From assembly GCA_028826165.1 (NCBI GenBank), contig JAPDFW010000067.1, positions 406,366 to 470,365 on the forward strand: 64,000 nt of DNA. Direction: 5' to 3'. Below, in pieces: positions 40,318 to 52,489 of this stretch; positions within the stretch are counted from its first letter, which is position 1, and each line of letters opens with the position of its first letter. The stretch is from Anaeramoeba ignava BMAN (lineage: Eukaryota; Protista; Anaeramoebae). The translations under genes were made by a program, and so were the position numbers. The notes under the pieces were generated by a model, which saw only the letters and a list, made by a program, of their open reading frames with translations, searched no databases and had not been told where the DNA came from.

Positions 40318-40896
40318 ATGGAACAATCACTTGAAGAATTTAGAGATTTACAAAAAAGTATAATTAAAAACAAAATAGAATTAAAAATTAAAATTAAAAA
40401 TTAAAAAATAAAATAAAAAAAGAAATTAATAAATACGCACAAAATCAGTTTGAATTTGAAACAAAAATAAATGAAACAAAATTAGTTCAAGATGTAAATC
40501 AAAAAAAAAACAAACAATTTTTAATTTAGAATTTAAATTTATTATCAATTAAAATTTTGACAAACAAAACGAAATAAAAAAATTAAATATTTATTAAGGA
40601 ATTAAAACTACTTGATGATGACTCTAAAATTTTTAAATTAATTGGACCAGTTCTTGTTGAACAATCACTTGAAGAGTCACAAACAAACATTTCGAAAAGA
40701 TTAGAATTTTTAACAAAAGAAATGTATTTAAATTAATTTCCTTTCAATGAATCTTTTCCCAAATATTCTAAATAGTTTCAATATAAATTTAATACTTATT
40801 CATTTCTATAGGGATAATTTAACTAATTTGATCAAAGAAACAGAACAAAAAATGCAAGATATTCAAAAAAAAATTTATGATTCTAAAAAAAAATAA
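40318..40896 (+). CDS. PFDN6: Prefoldin subunit 6 (beta type); 4 short exons, absent from the ORF track
   Basis: My spliced translation: MEQSLEEFRDLQKKINKYAQNQFEFETKINETKLVQDELKLLDDDSKIFKLIGPVLVEQSLEESQTNISKRLEFLTKEM...; FKLIGPVLV and KRLEF are prefoldin-6 hallmarks. Confidence 0.85.
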
Positions 40897-41134
40897 ATCT
40901 TTAAATCCTTCTTAGAATCACATAAAACTTTTAATGAGATCTTTTTGGAAATGATTGCTATTAAATTTCTTTTTGAATTTTTTTTTTAGGAATTAAAACA
41001 AACAAATCAAATAAAATCAAAATTCTTTTTTTTTTTTTTTTAATTTTATTTTTAAAACAAAAATTAGTAATTTTTGTTATTTTTTTAATAATTTTTTTTT
41101 ATTTTTTTTTTTTCATTTTTTTTCTTTTTTCAAA

Positions 41135-43026
41135 ATGAATTCTGATAAAGCTTGGCAACAATTTCAACAATCAAAATCTAAATCAGAAAAAAAGAAAAAA
41201 CAGAATGTACATCAAAGTTCTGTTCTTCATCCTTGGCATGGAATTGAACCAGGTGAAGATCCACCAAATGAATGCAATGCAGGTAAATTCATTTTAAATT
41301 CTCAATTAAAATTAAAATTAAAATTAAAAATTAAAATTCATTTATAAAATTAAATTAAAATTATAATTATAATTAAAATTAAAATTAAAAATTAAAATTA
41401 AAATTAAAATTAAAAATTCATTTATAAAATCAAATTAAAATTCATTTATAAAATTAAAATTAAAATTAAAATTATAATTTATTTATAAAATTATAATTAA
41501 AATTAAAATTAAAATTAAAATTAAAATTAAAATTAAAATTCATTTATAAAATTAAAATTAAAATTAAAATTAAAATTATAATTAAAATTCATTTATAAAA
41601 TTAAAATTCATTTATAAAATTAAATTAAAATTAAATTAAAATTATAATTATAATTAAAAATTAAAATCAAAAATTAAAATTAAAATTAAAATTAAAATTA
41701 AAATTAAAATTAAAATCAAAAATTAAAATTCATTTATAAAATTATAATTAATATTAAAATTATAATTAATATTAAAATTATAATTAAAATTAAAATTAAA
41801 ATCAAAATTCATTTATAAAATTAAAATATTAAAATTAAAATTAAAATTCATTTATAAAATCAAAATTGTTTGTTGTTTTAGTTATTGAAATTCCAAAAGG
41901 TTCAAAAGTTAAATATGAATTAGATAAAGAAACTGGTTTGTTACGTGCTGATAGAGTTCTTTATTCATCAGTTGTTTATCGTATTAAATCAATTTTTTAT
42001 TTACAAAATATTTAAATCAATATTTTTTCTGAAAATTTATTCAATATTTTATTTAATTAAAAAAAAAGCAACAAATTATGGATTTATTCCTCAAACACTT
42101 GGAGAAGATCATGATCCTATTGATGTTTTAGTTTTAATGCAAAGCGAAGTATAATTATAATTAAAATAAAAATTATAATTAAAATTTAAAATTAAAATTA
42201 AAATTATAATTAAAATTAAAATTAAAATTAAAATTAAAATTAAAATTAAAATTAAAATTAAAATCAAAATTTAAAATTAAAATTTAAATTAAAATTAAAA
42301 TTAAAATTAAAATCAAAATTTAAATCAAAATTTAAAATTAAAATTAAAATCAAAATTAAAATTAAAATTAAAATTAAAATTTAAAATTAAAATTAAAATC
42401 AAAATTAAAATTAAAATTAAAATTAAAATTTAAAATTAAAATTAAAATTAAAATTAAAATTAAAATTAAAATTAAAATTAAAATTAAAATTATAATTAAA
42501 ATTAAAATTAAAATTAAATTTAAAATTAAAATTAAAATTAAAATTAAAATTAAAATTAAAATCAAAATTAAAATTAAAATTAAAATTAAAATTTAAAATT
42601 AAAATTTAAAATTAAAATTAAAATTAAAATAAATATTAAAATTAAAATTAAAATTCAAATTTAAATTAAAATTAAAATTTAAAATTAAAATTAAAATTAA
42701 AATTAAAATTAAAATTTAAAATAAAGGTTTATCCATTAACTATTTTAAGAATTCGTCCTATTGGATTAGTTCCTATGATTGATTGTGATGAAAATGATGA
42801 TAAAATTATTGCAGTTCATTTAGATGATCCTGAATACAAAGATTATCATGACGTTAAAGAACTTCCACAACATAGATTAGTTGAAATTAGAAAATTTTTC
42901 AAAGATTATAAAGTTCTTGAAAATAAAACTGTTAAAGTTGATGAACCAAAAGGACCTGAAGAAGCAAAAGAAGTTATTACAAAAGCAATTCAAGAATATC
43001 AAAAAGTTTTTTCAAATGATATTTAA
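41135..43026 (+). CDS. Soluble inorganic pyrophosphatase, family I; exons 41135-41282, 41882-41980, 42069-42148, 42727-43026
   Basis: Spliced: [72 protein letters not shown]. Confidence 0.93.
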
Positions 43027-43216
43027 ATCAAAATCAAATTAAAATCAAAATCAAAATCAAATTAAAATCAAAATCAAATTAAAATCAAAATCAAAATCAA
43101 AATCAAAATCAAAATCAAAATTAAAATTAAAATTCTTTCTTTTTCTTTCTTTTTCAAATAAAAAAATCAATTAAATTCATTTTTCATTTTTTCATTTTTT
43201 CATTTTTTTTTGTTTT

Positions 43217-44113
43217 ATGAATTGTCCAGTTTGTCAAATAGATCTTTCTCATTTAAATCAAAATCAAATTGAATCACATGTTAATCAATGTTTAGATAAT
43301 CAAATCCAAAATGAAAATCAAAATTTAATTGAAAATCAAAATGAAAATTTAATTGAAATTCAAAATGAAAAAATTATTTGTCAATTTTGTCAAAAAGATT
43401 TAACAGATCTACATGAATTACGAAGAAGAGAACATTTAAATCGATGCTTAGATTCTTGGGAAGGAAAGAAAAAAATCCAAAAAGACTTCGAAAATCTTGT
43501 TGAAACTGAAGCTCAAATTTCGAAAAATCAAGATCTTATTTTCAATGATCTTAATTTTTGTCGAGTTTGTGGCAAATCATTAGAACATTTAGAAATGAAA
43601 GAACGCACCTTCCACATTTCGAATTGTGTTCGTTCATCAAATCTTGTTTCTTGTTCAGTGACCAAAATTGTGGATGGTGTTGTTCAAAAAAATAATACAA
43701 ATAAAACTGATCAAGATCAAAAAGTGGAACAAAGAAAAGATCAAAAAATAAGACAAAGAACTCCAAAATTGAAAAGGGTTCCTTCATCAAATAGGAAGAG
43801 AAAAAGTGATGGGAAAAAGAAAAAAAGCAACGACTTGAATCAAGATCTCTCCAGTTTTGAAAAAGAAGATATCATAGTTGCTCATATTTTATCTAAAAGT
43901 GAATTAGAATCTTTTAAAGAATTTAATAATTCAATTGATTTAAATAATATTTTTATTGAAAATCAAGATTTAAAATTGAACAAAAATGATTTAAAAAAAT
44001 ATAATCAAAATTACTTTCAAAAAATTAATCAAAAAATTAAATTGTTTACAAATATTAAATTTAAAGTTTTACAAAAAGATGGATTTTGGGAAAAAACAAG
44101 AAAAAATTTTTGA
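43217..44113 (+). CDS. Tandem UBZ4-type zinc-finger protein resembling the N-terminus of SLX4
   Basis: CPVC..HVNQCLD, CQFCQKDL..RREHLNRCLD, CRVCGK..HISNC, then EDIIVAHILSKSELE. Confidence 0.6.
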   Translation: MNCPVCQIDLSHLNQNQIESHVNQCLDNQIQNENQNLIENQNENLIEIQNEKIICQFCQKDLTDLHELRRREHLNRCLDSWEGKKKIQKDFENLVETEAQISKNQDLIFNDLNFCRVCGKSLEHLEMKERTFHISNCVRSSNLVSCSVTKIVDGVVQKNNTNKTDQDQKVEQRKDQKIRQRTPKLKRVPSSNRKRKSDGKKKKSNDLNQDLSSFEKEDIIVAHILSKSELESFKEFNNSIDLNNIFIENQDLKLNKNDLKKYNQNYFQKINQKIKLFTNIKFKVLQKDGFWEKTRKNF

Positions 44114-44171
44114 ATAAAACAAAAAAAAAATTTCATTTTTTCATTTTTTCATTTTTTATTATTTATTTAAA

Positions 44172-46599
44172 ATGAATCATTGTAGTGAGATGGAATTACT
44201 TGTTAAATTAGTTGTTCGTGGTTTTTATAATCAAGTAGAAATTGTTATTATTGATACACTTCTTCATGAAAAAGAGTAAAAAATTTATAATTAAATTTAT
44301 AATTAAATTTATAAATAAATTTATAATTAAATTTATAAATAAATTTATAATTAAATTTATAAATAAATTTATAATTAAATTTATAATTAAATTTATAATA
44401 ATATTTATAATTAAATTTATAATTATATTTATAATTATATTTATAATAAAATTTATAATTAAATTTATAATTAAATTTATAATTAAATTTATAATTAAAT
44501 TTATAATTATATTTATAATTAAATTTATAATTATATTTATAATTAAATTTATAATTAAATTTATAATTAAATTTATAATTAAATTTATAATTAAATTTAT
44601 AATTATATTTATAATTAAATTTATAATTAAATTTATAATTAATTTTATAATTAAATTTATAATTAAATTTATAATTATATTTATAATTATATTTATATTT
44701 ATAATTATATTTATAATTATATTTATATTTATAATTATATTTATCATTAAATTTATAATTAAATTTATAATTATATTTATATTAAAATTTATAATTAATT
44801 TTATCAAAGTATCACAGAACAACAAATTTCACAAAGATTACATCTTCCAATGAAACAAGTTCAAAAATCATTGAATACACTAGAAAAGCATAAACTTATT
44901 AATTTTAAAACAATTAAAGAGAAATTAGAAAAAAAATATGATTCACGTTCTGAAGAAATAATTACAAGTCACACTCAAATCAAAAAAAATCTTTATTTTA
45001 TTGATTTCAAATCATTTATTGATACAACAATTTATAGAATTGCTAAAATTAGAAAAAAATTGGAAGCTGATTCTAAAACTCAATCAGAATCATATTTTTG
45101 TTCTAATCCATATTGTGGCAGAAAATATACAGCTGAAGAAGCTTTGCAACTTATAAATACTAACTCTCTTAATTTTGAAATGAATTGTTTATTTTGTCGT
45201 CATATTGTTAATGAAGTTAAAGTTGAAAAATCAGGAAAAGATGACTTAAAATTATTTAATCAACAAGTTCAAAGAATTGAAAATTTAATTTCAAAATTAT
45301 CAGGGATGTATATTAGGTACATATTATAATTATAATTAAAATTCATTTATAAAATTAAAATTAAAATTAAAATTAAAATTAAAATTAAAATTAAAATAGA
45401 CAAACAAGTCCACGAGCAATTGATAAGTAAACTTTTAAATCAAAATCAAAATCAAAATCAAAATCAAAATCAAAATCAAAATCAAAATCAAAATCAAAAT
45501 CAAAATCAAAATCAAAATCAAAATCAAAATCAAAATCAAAATCAAAATCAAAATCAAAATCAAAATCAAAATCAAAATCAAAATCAAAATCAAAATCAAA
45601 ATCAAAATCAAAATCAAAATCAAAATCAAAATCAAAATCAAAATCAAAATCAAAATCAAAATCAAAATCAAAATCAAAATCAAAATCAAAATCAAAATCA
45701 AAATCAAAATCAAAATCAAAATCAAAATCAAAATCAAAATCAAAATCAAAATCAAAATTAAATCAAAATCAAAATCAAAATTAAAATCAAAATCAAAATC
45801 AAAATCAAAATCAAAATTAAATCAATTAAAATTAAATCAAAATTAAATCAAAATTAAATTTAAATTAAATTTAAATTAAATTTAAATCTAAATTAAATTT
45901 AAATAAAATCAAAATCAAAATTAAATTTAAATCAAAATCAAAATCAAAATTAAAATTAAAATTTATATAAAAATCAAATTTAAATTAAATTAAATAAGAG
46001 CTGTTTATAATGCATGGAGAAATGAAAAAAATGCACAAGGAAAAAATACCTTTTCTTTTTATTCACATTATCATTCACAAAAAAGACATGAAAATTTAAA
46101 AATTGTAGTTGAAATTGAAAATAATTCAAATCAAATAGACGAAATGAATTCAAATTCAAAAAATCATAAAAAAAGAAAAATACCACCTTGGCTTGTTAAT
46201 AGTGAACAGATTTTTCTAAAAGAACATGAGGAAATTCGTGAGAAAATCGCTTATGATATTGGATTGGAAAATGATTTATTAAATATTGAAAAGGAAAATG
46301 ACTTGAAAATCACTCAAGAAATTAAAAAAGCTTTAAAATTACCTCAAAATGTTGATCAACAAAAATTAATAAAAGAATTTTTGGAAATTATTTCCAATTT
46401 AGAAAAAAATGAAAAAGAAATTTATTTAAATCAATCAAAAGAATCAAAAAAGTATAATTTGATTCAATTAAAAAATAGAACAATAAATGTAGATGAAATT
46501 GATGAAGAATTGATAAATAAAATGAGTAACGAAGAATATATTGAATTATATCAAAAGTTACAAAAAATATTAAAAAATTATCTTCAAAAAATGGATTAA
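44172..46599 (+). CDS. GTF2E1: General transcription factor IIE subunit alpha; exons 44172-44275, 44810-~45317, 45400-45426, 45999-46599
   Basis: LVKLVVRGFY..VIIDTL winged helix, YFIDFKSFIDTTIYRI, Zn ribbon YFCSNPYCGRKYT..CLFC, IPPW, and a C-terminal INKMSNEEY. Junctions are in phase. Confidence 0.85.
44278..44800. repeat. Intronic 12-bp microsatellite (AATTTATAATTA)n
   Basis: Directly visible; source of the spurious IINL/IIKF ORFs. Confidence 0.93.
45437..45815. repeat. Near-perfect (AATCAA)n microsatellite, ~60 copies, in TFIIE intron 45427-45998
   Basis: Directly visible. Confidence 0.95.
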
Positions 46600-46667
46600 A
46601 ATAAAATATTATTTTTTTTTTCATTTTTTCATTTTTTCATTTTTTCATTTTTTCTTAATTTTTTAAA

Positions 46668-48523
46668 ATGAAATTCTTTCAAAAAAAATCAGATTTAATT
46701 CTTTATTTAATTTTGACATTTTTTAGAATAATTAATGCAATCATCAATTATGCTTTTTTTTTGTCCAGATGAATATTGGCAAAGTCTTGAAGTAGCTCAT
46801 AATATAGTATTTAAATATGGATATTTAACTTGGGAATGGAAAGAAAAATTAAGAGGTTTTCTTCATCCGTTAATTTTTGCTGTTCTTTATAAAATACTTC
46901 AAATTTTTCAACTTGATAAAAATTGGATTTTAATTCTTTCACCAAGAATTTTACAAGCAGCATTTGCTTCATTATGTGATTTATTTGTTTGGAAAATTTC
47001 AATTGATTGGTTTAATAAATCTGTTGCAAAATTTTCAGTAATTTATTAAAAAATTCAAATTAAAAAATTTAAATTAAAAAATTTAAATTAAAAAATTCAA
47101 ATTAAAAAATTCAAATTAAAAAATTCAAATTAAAAAATTCAAATCAAAAAATTTAAATCAAAAAAGTTGCTCTTAAATTTGATTTCTTGGCTCGCATTTT
47201 ATTTAAGTACAAGAACTCTTGCAAATTCTTTGGAAACTACATTAATTATCGTTGCTTTATATTATTATCAAAAACCAAAAATTTCACAACAAAATTTTGG
47301 AATATTTTTATTTTCAATTGGATTTATAGTTCGTCCAACAAGCGCAACAATTTTCATTTTTCTGATATTTCATATGATATTCTCCCGCATCAAAACTTGG
47401 AGAAAAAGAATTGAATTTGTAGCATTGAGACTTTTTCCAATTAGTTTCAGTGTTTTTATTGTTTCTGTTTTATTAGATAGTTTTTTATTTGGTTCTTTTA
47501 CAATTGTTCAAATCAATTTTCTCAAGTTTAATTTTCTCGAAGACAGAGGCTCCTTTTATGGAACTCACGAATGGTTCTGGTTTCTTTCTTTTGCAACGCC
47601 TTTGATTCTCACTTCATTGCTTCCATTTTTCATTCACGGTGTTTTTGTTGAGATGAGAAAAAATACTCCCAACAAAGTGCTTCTTCCCTTTTGGATTATT
47701 TTATTTGATATTGCTTTTTATAGCATCTCCAGTCACAAAGAATTCCGTTTCATCTATCCTATTCATCCCTTGATGGTGATTTATTCTGCAAGTTCTCTAT
47801 CAAGAATCATTTCATCATTTTCTTCTTCATTTTCAGATGATCCAAAAACTGAAAAAGAAGTTGACTTTGTTTCTCCAAAGAAGGAAGAGAAAACCCAAAC
47901 AAAACCTCGGAAAACAAGAAGTAAATTTTGGGGTAATTTGATTCTCTCGGTTCTTATTATAACCCAGCTTGGACAGGGAGTATATTTAGGTTATGTTCAT
48001 CAAAAAGGACGAATTGATGTTTTTTCTTTTATTCAAAAAGAAACTGAATCATTTGAACAGAAAAATCAAGAAATTTCAGTTTTATTTCTCACTCCTTGTC
48101 ATTCAACACCTTTTTACAGTCATATTCATAAGAATATATCAATGGATTTCTTGGATTGTTCACCAAGTAGTGAACCTAATTATGTTGATGAAGCTGATCG
48201 TTTTTTTGCTAATCCACTTGATTTTCTTCATAAAAGATTTCTTTCTGATCCTCAAAATGTTCATCTTCCTTCTCATTTAATTCTTTTTGATTCAATTCTT
48301 CCAAAAATTGAATCTTTTTTGAAAGAGAATTCTTATCAAGAGGTAAATTATTATGAATTTTAATTTTATAAATTAATTTTAATTTTATAAATGAATTTTA
48401 ATTTTTATAAATGAATTTTAATTTTTATTGTTGTTTTATTAGTGTGCAAGATTTTTTAATAGCCATTTCCCAGTTGATCGTGAATTACAGAAATATTTAC
48501 TTGTTTTTTGTTCTACTTCCTAA
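46668..48523 (+). CDS. PIGB: GPI mannosyltransferase 3 (PIG-B/Gpi10, GT22); exons 46668-47037, 47167-48342, 48443-48523
   Basis: PDEYWQSLEVAH..GYLTWEW..LRG, TRTLANSLET, RPT, FYGTHEWFW, HKEFRF, HQKG, PCHSTPFYSH, DEADRF. A 1-nt frameshift lies in the T-run near 46755-46762. Confidence 0.9.
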
Positions 48524-48690
48524 TTAATTACTTTTTTTTCTTTTCAATTCTTTTCTCTTCTTAATAAATCGTTAAATAAAACAAAATTCCTCAATTTTCA
48601 TTTTTTTTATCCCTAATTCCTATTTTTTTCATTTTTTTCATTTTTCATTTTTTTTCATTTTTTTTTTAATCATTTTTTTTTTTAAATAAA

Positions 48691-49821
48691 ATGATTGAAG
48701 AAGATATTGATTATCAAGCTATTGTTATTGATAATGGTTCATTTGAAATTAGATCAGGTTTTGCTGGAGATGATTTACCAAAAAAGAATACAAGAAATAT
48801 TATTGGAAATTTAATAAATGAATCGAATTTAACAAATTTATCTAAATCACAATATATTGGAAATGAAGCACAAGAAAATAAAGAAATATTAAATTTAAGT
48901 TATCCAATTCAAAAAGGAATTATTGAAAATTGGGATAATATGGAGAAAATGTGGCATCATATCTTTTATAATGAACTGAAAATTGCACCTGAAGAACATC
49001 CAGTTTTAATAGCTGATTCTCCATTTAATCCAAGAAATTCTAAAGAAAAAATACAACAAATCATGTTTGAAACATTTAATACACCAGCATTTTATCTTGC
49101 AAATTCAGGAATATTAACATTATATTCAACAGGAAGAACAACTGGATTTATTTTTGGAATTGGACATGAAATTACTTTTACTGAACCAATTTATGAAGGA
49201 TATGAAATTTATAATATAATTGATCAATATCAATTTGGAGGAAATGATTTAACAAATTATTTGATTAAATTACTTAAAGAACAAGATTATTCATTTGATA
49301 AATCAAGTGATATTGAAATTGCAAGAGATATTAAAGAAAAATTATGTTATTGTTCTCTTAATTTTCAACAAGAATTAAATCAAAATGAAACTGAATTAGA
49401 AGAAGCTTATGAATTAAAAAATGGAGATATTATCAGTATTTCAAACGAAAGAATTAAATGTTGTGAATGTTTATTTGAACCTAAAATAATTGGAATTGAT
49501 TTAGAAGGAATTCATAAATTAATTTATAATTCAATAATGAAATGTGATATTTCATCAAGAAAAGATTTTTTCAATAATATTATATTAACAGGAGGAACAA
49601 CATTATTTCCAAATTTTAAAGAAAGACTTGAAAAAGAAATCAAACAAATTATTCCTGATAAAATGGAAATTAAAATTATTGCAGATCCAGATAGAAAATA
49701 TTCATCATGGATTGGAGGTTCAATTTTAGCATCACTTTCTACTTTCCAATCTGTATGGATTTCAAAAGAAGAATATGATGAAAGTGGACCTAGTATTATT
49801 AGACGGCGTGGAGTTTTTTGA
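48691..49821 (+). CDS. Divergent actin-like protein (copy 1)
   Basis: VIDNGS..GFAGDD.P, WDNMEKMWHHIFYNELKIAPEEHPVL, MFETFNTPAFY, RDIKEKLCY, RKYSSWIGGSILASLSTFQ..WISKEEYDESGP. Confidence 0.92.
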   Translation: MIEEDIDYQAIVIDNGSFEIRSGFAGDDLPKKNTRNIIGNLINESNLTNLSKSQYIGNEAQENKEILNLSYPIQKGIIENWDNMEKMWHHIFYNELKIAPEEHPVLIADSPFNPRNSKEKIQQIMFETFNTPAFYLANSGILTLYSTGRTTGFIFGIGHEITFTEPIYEGYEIYNIIDQYQFGGNDLTNYLIKLLKEQDYSFDKSSDIEIARDIKEKLCYCSLNFQQELNQNETELEEAYELKNGDIISISNERIKCCECLFEPKIIGIDLEGIHKLIYNSIMKCDISSRKDFFNNIILTGGTTLFPNFKERLEKEIKQIIPDKMEIKIIADPDRKYSSWIGGSILASLSTFQSVWISKEEYDESGPSIIRRRGVF

Positions 49822-49966
49822 ATTACTTTTTTTTTTAAAATTTTTCCATTTTCTTTCTCTTTTTTTTCTTTTTTCAATTTTAAAAAGCAAAAAAATATTT
49901 TTTTTATTTTTTTAAATGACGTTTTTCTTTTTTTCATTTTTCTTATTTACTTCTAAATAAAAATAA

Positions 49967-51229
49967 ATGTTTGACGATTTTTTTGACAGTTTTGGTTTTG
50001 AAAATTCTACAAGTGATTCTGATGGTATTTTTGGTGATTCTACATACAAATTGACAGAGACTAATAGTCAATTCATTTCCAATCAGAATAATTATAAAGC
50101 TATTGTTATTGATAATGGTTCATTTGAAATAAGATCAGGTTTTGCTGGAGATGATTTACCAAAAAAGAATACAAGAAATATTATTGGAAATTTAATAAAT
50201 GAATCGAATTTAATAAATTTATCTAAATCACAATATATTGGAAATGAAGCACAAGAAAATAAAGAAATATTAAATTTAAGTTATCCAATTCAAAAAGGAA
50301 TTATTGAAAATTGGGATAATATGGAAAAAATGTGGCATCATATCTTTTATAATGAACTGAAAATTGCACCTGAAGAACATCCAGTTTTAATAGCTGATTC
50401 TCCATTTAATCCAAAAAGTTCTAAAGAAAAAATACAAGAAATCATGTTTGAAACATTTAACGTTTCAGGATTTTATCTTGCAAATTCAGGAATATTAACA
50501 TTATATTCAACAGGAAGAACAACTGGATTTGTTTTTGGAATTGGACATGAAATTACTTTTACTGAACCAATTTATGAAGGATATGAAAGTTCAAATATAA
50601 TTGATCAATATCAATTTGGAGGAAATGATTTAACAAATTATTTGATTAAATTACTTAAAGAACAAGATTATTCATTTGATAAATCAAATGATACTGAAAT
50701 TGCAAGAGATATTAAAGAAAAATTATGTTATTGTTCTCTTAATTTTCAACAAGAATTAAATCAAAATGAAACTGAAAACCAAAATCAAAATGAAACTGAA
50801 TTAGAAGATATTTATGAATTAAAAAATGGAGATATTATCAGTATTTCAAATGAAAGAATTAAATGTTGTGAATGTTTATTTGAACCTAAAATAATTGGAA
50901 TTGATTTAGAAGGAATTCATAAATTAATTTATAATTCAATTATGAAATGTGATATTTCATCAAGAAAAGATTTTTTCAATAATATTATATTAACAGGAGG
51001 AACAACATTATTTCCAAATTTTAAAGAAAGACTTGAAAAAGAAATTAAACAAATTATTCCTGATAAAATGAAAGTTAAAATTATTGCAGATCCAGATAGA
51101 AAATATTCATCATGGATTGGAGGTTCAATTTTAGCATCACTTTCTACTTTCCAAAATATGTGGATTTCAAAAGAATTATATAGTGAAAGTGAGGATGAGG
51201 ATATGATGAGTTATGGCGGATTATTTTGA
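49967..51229 (+). CDS. Divergent actin-like protein (copy 2; acidic N-terminal extension, altered C-terminus)
   Basis: Same core as copy 1, with ~37 extra N-terminal residues and an ENQNQNET insertion. Confidence 0.9.
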   Translation: MFDDFFDSFGFENSTSDSDGIFGDSTYKLTETNSQFISNQNNYKAIVIDNGSFEIRSGFAGDDLPKKNTRNIIGNLINESNLINLSKSQYIGNEAQENKEILNLSYPIQKGIIENWDNMEKMWHHIFYNELKIAPEEHPVLIADSPFNPKSSKEKIQEIMFETFNVSGFYLANSGILTLYSTGRTTGFVFGIGHEITFTEPIYEGYESSNIIDQYQFGGNDLTNYLIKLLKEQDYSFDKSNDTEIARDIKEKLCYCSLNFQQELNQNETENQNQNETELEDIYELKNGDIISISNERIKCCECLFEPKIIGIDLEGIHKLIYNSIMKCDISSRKDFFNNIILTGGTTLFPNFKERLEKEIKQIIPDKMKVKIIADPDRKYSSWIGGSILASLSTFQNMWISKELYSESEDEDMMSYGGLF

Positions 51230-51361
51230 ATTATTTTGAATTATTTTTTTTTTTAAAATTATGATTGACTTTTCAAATATTTTTTCATTTTTTTATTTTT
51301 CATTTTTTTCATTTTTCATTTTTCATTTTTTTTCATTTTTTTCATTTTTTTTTTAAATAAA

Positions 51362-52489
51362 ATGATTGAAGAAGATATTGGTTATCAAGCTATTGTTATT
51401 GATAATGGTTCATTTGAAATTAGATCAGGTTTTGCTGGAGATGATTTACCAAAAAAGAATACAAGAAATATTATTGGGAATTTAATAAATGAATCGAATT
51501 TAATAAATTTATCTAAATCACAATATATTGGAAATGAAGCACAAGAAAATAAAGAAATATTAAATTTAAGTTATCCAATTCAAAAAGGAATTATTGAAAA
51601 TTGGGATAATATGGAAAAAATGTGGCATCATATCTTTTATAATGAATTAAAAATTGCACCTGAAGAACATCCAGTTTTAATGGCTGATTCTCCATTTAAT
51701 CCAAGAAATTCTAAAGATAAAATAAAACAAATCATGTTTGAAACATTTAATACACCAGCATTTTATCTTGGAAATTCAGGAATATTAACATTATATTCAA
51801 CAGGAAGAACAACTGGATTTGTTTTTGGAATTGGACATGAAATTACTTTTACTGAACCAATTTATGAAGGATATGAAATTTATAATATAATTGATCAATA
51901 TCAATTTGGAGGAAATGATTTAACAAATTATTTGATTAAATTACTTAAAGAACAAGATTATTCATTTGAAAAATCAAATGATACTGAAATTGCAAGAGAT
52001 ATTAAAGAAAAATTATGTTATTGTTCTCTTAATTTTCAACAAGAATTAAATCAAAATGAAACTGAATTAGAAGAAGCTTATGAATTAAAAAATGGAGATA
52101 TTATCAGTATTTCAAATGAAAGAATCAAATGTTGTGAATGTTTATTTGAACCTAAAATAATTGGAATTGATTTAGAAGGAATTCATAAATTAATTTATAA
52201 TTCAATAATGAAATGTGATATTTCATCAAGAAAAGATTTTTTCAATAATATTATATTAACAGGAGGAACAACATTATTTCCAAATTTTAAAGAAAGACTT
52301 GAAAAAGAAATCAAACAAATTATTCCTGATAAAATGGAAATTAAAATCATTGCAGATCCAGATAGAAAATATTCATCATGGATTGGAGGTTCAATTTTAG
52401 CATCACTTTCTACTTTCCAATCTGTATGGATTTCAAAAGAAGAATATGATGAAAGTGGACCTAGTATTACTCGTGGTCGATTATTTTAA
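51362..52489 (+). CDS. Divergent actin-like protein (copy 3)
   Basis: Near-identical to copy 1. Confidence 0.92.
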   Translation: MIEEDIGYQAIVIDNGSFEIRSGFAGDDLPKKNTRNIIGNLINESNLINLSKSQYIGNEAQENKEILNLSYPIQKGIIENWDNMEKMWHHIFYNELKIAPEEHPVLMADSPFNPRNSKDKIKQIMFETFNTPAFYLGNSGILTLYSTGRTTGFVFGIGHEITFTEPIYEGYEIYNIIDQYQFGGNDLTNYLIKLLKEQDYSFEKSNDTEIARDIKEKLCYCSLNFQQELNQNETELEEAYELKNGDIISISNERIKCCECLFEPKIIGIDLEGIHKLIYNSIMKCDISSRKDFFNNIILTGGTTLFPNFKERLEKEIKQIIPDKMEIKIIADPDRKYSSWIGGSILASLSTFQSVWISKEEYDESGPSITRGRLF

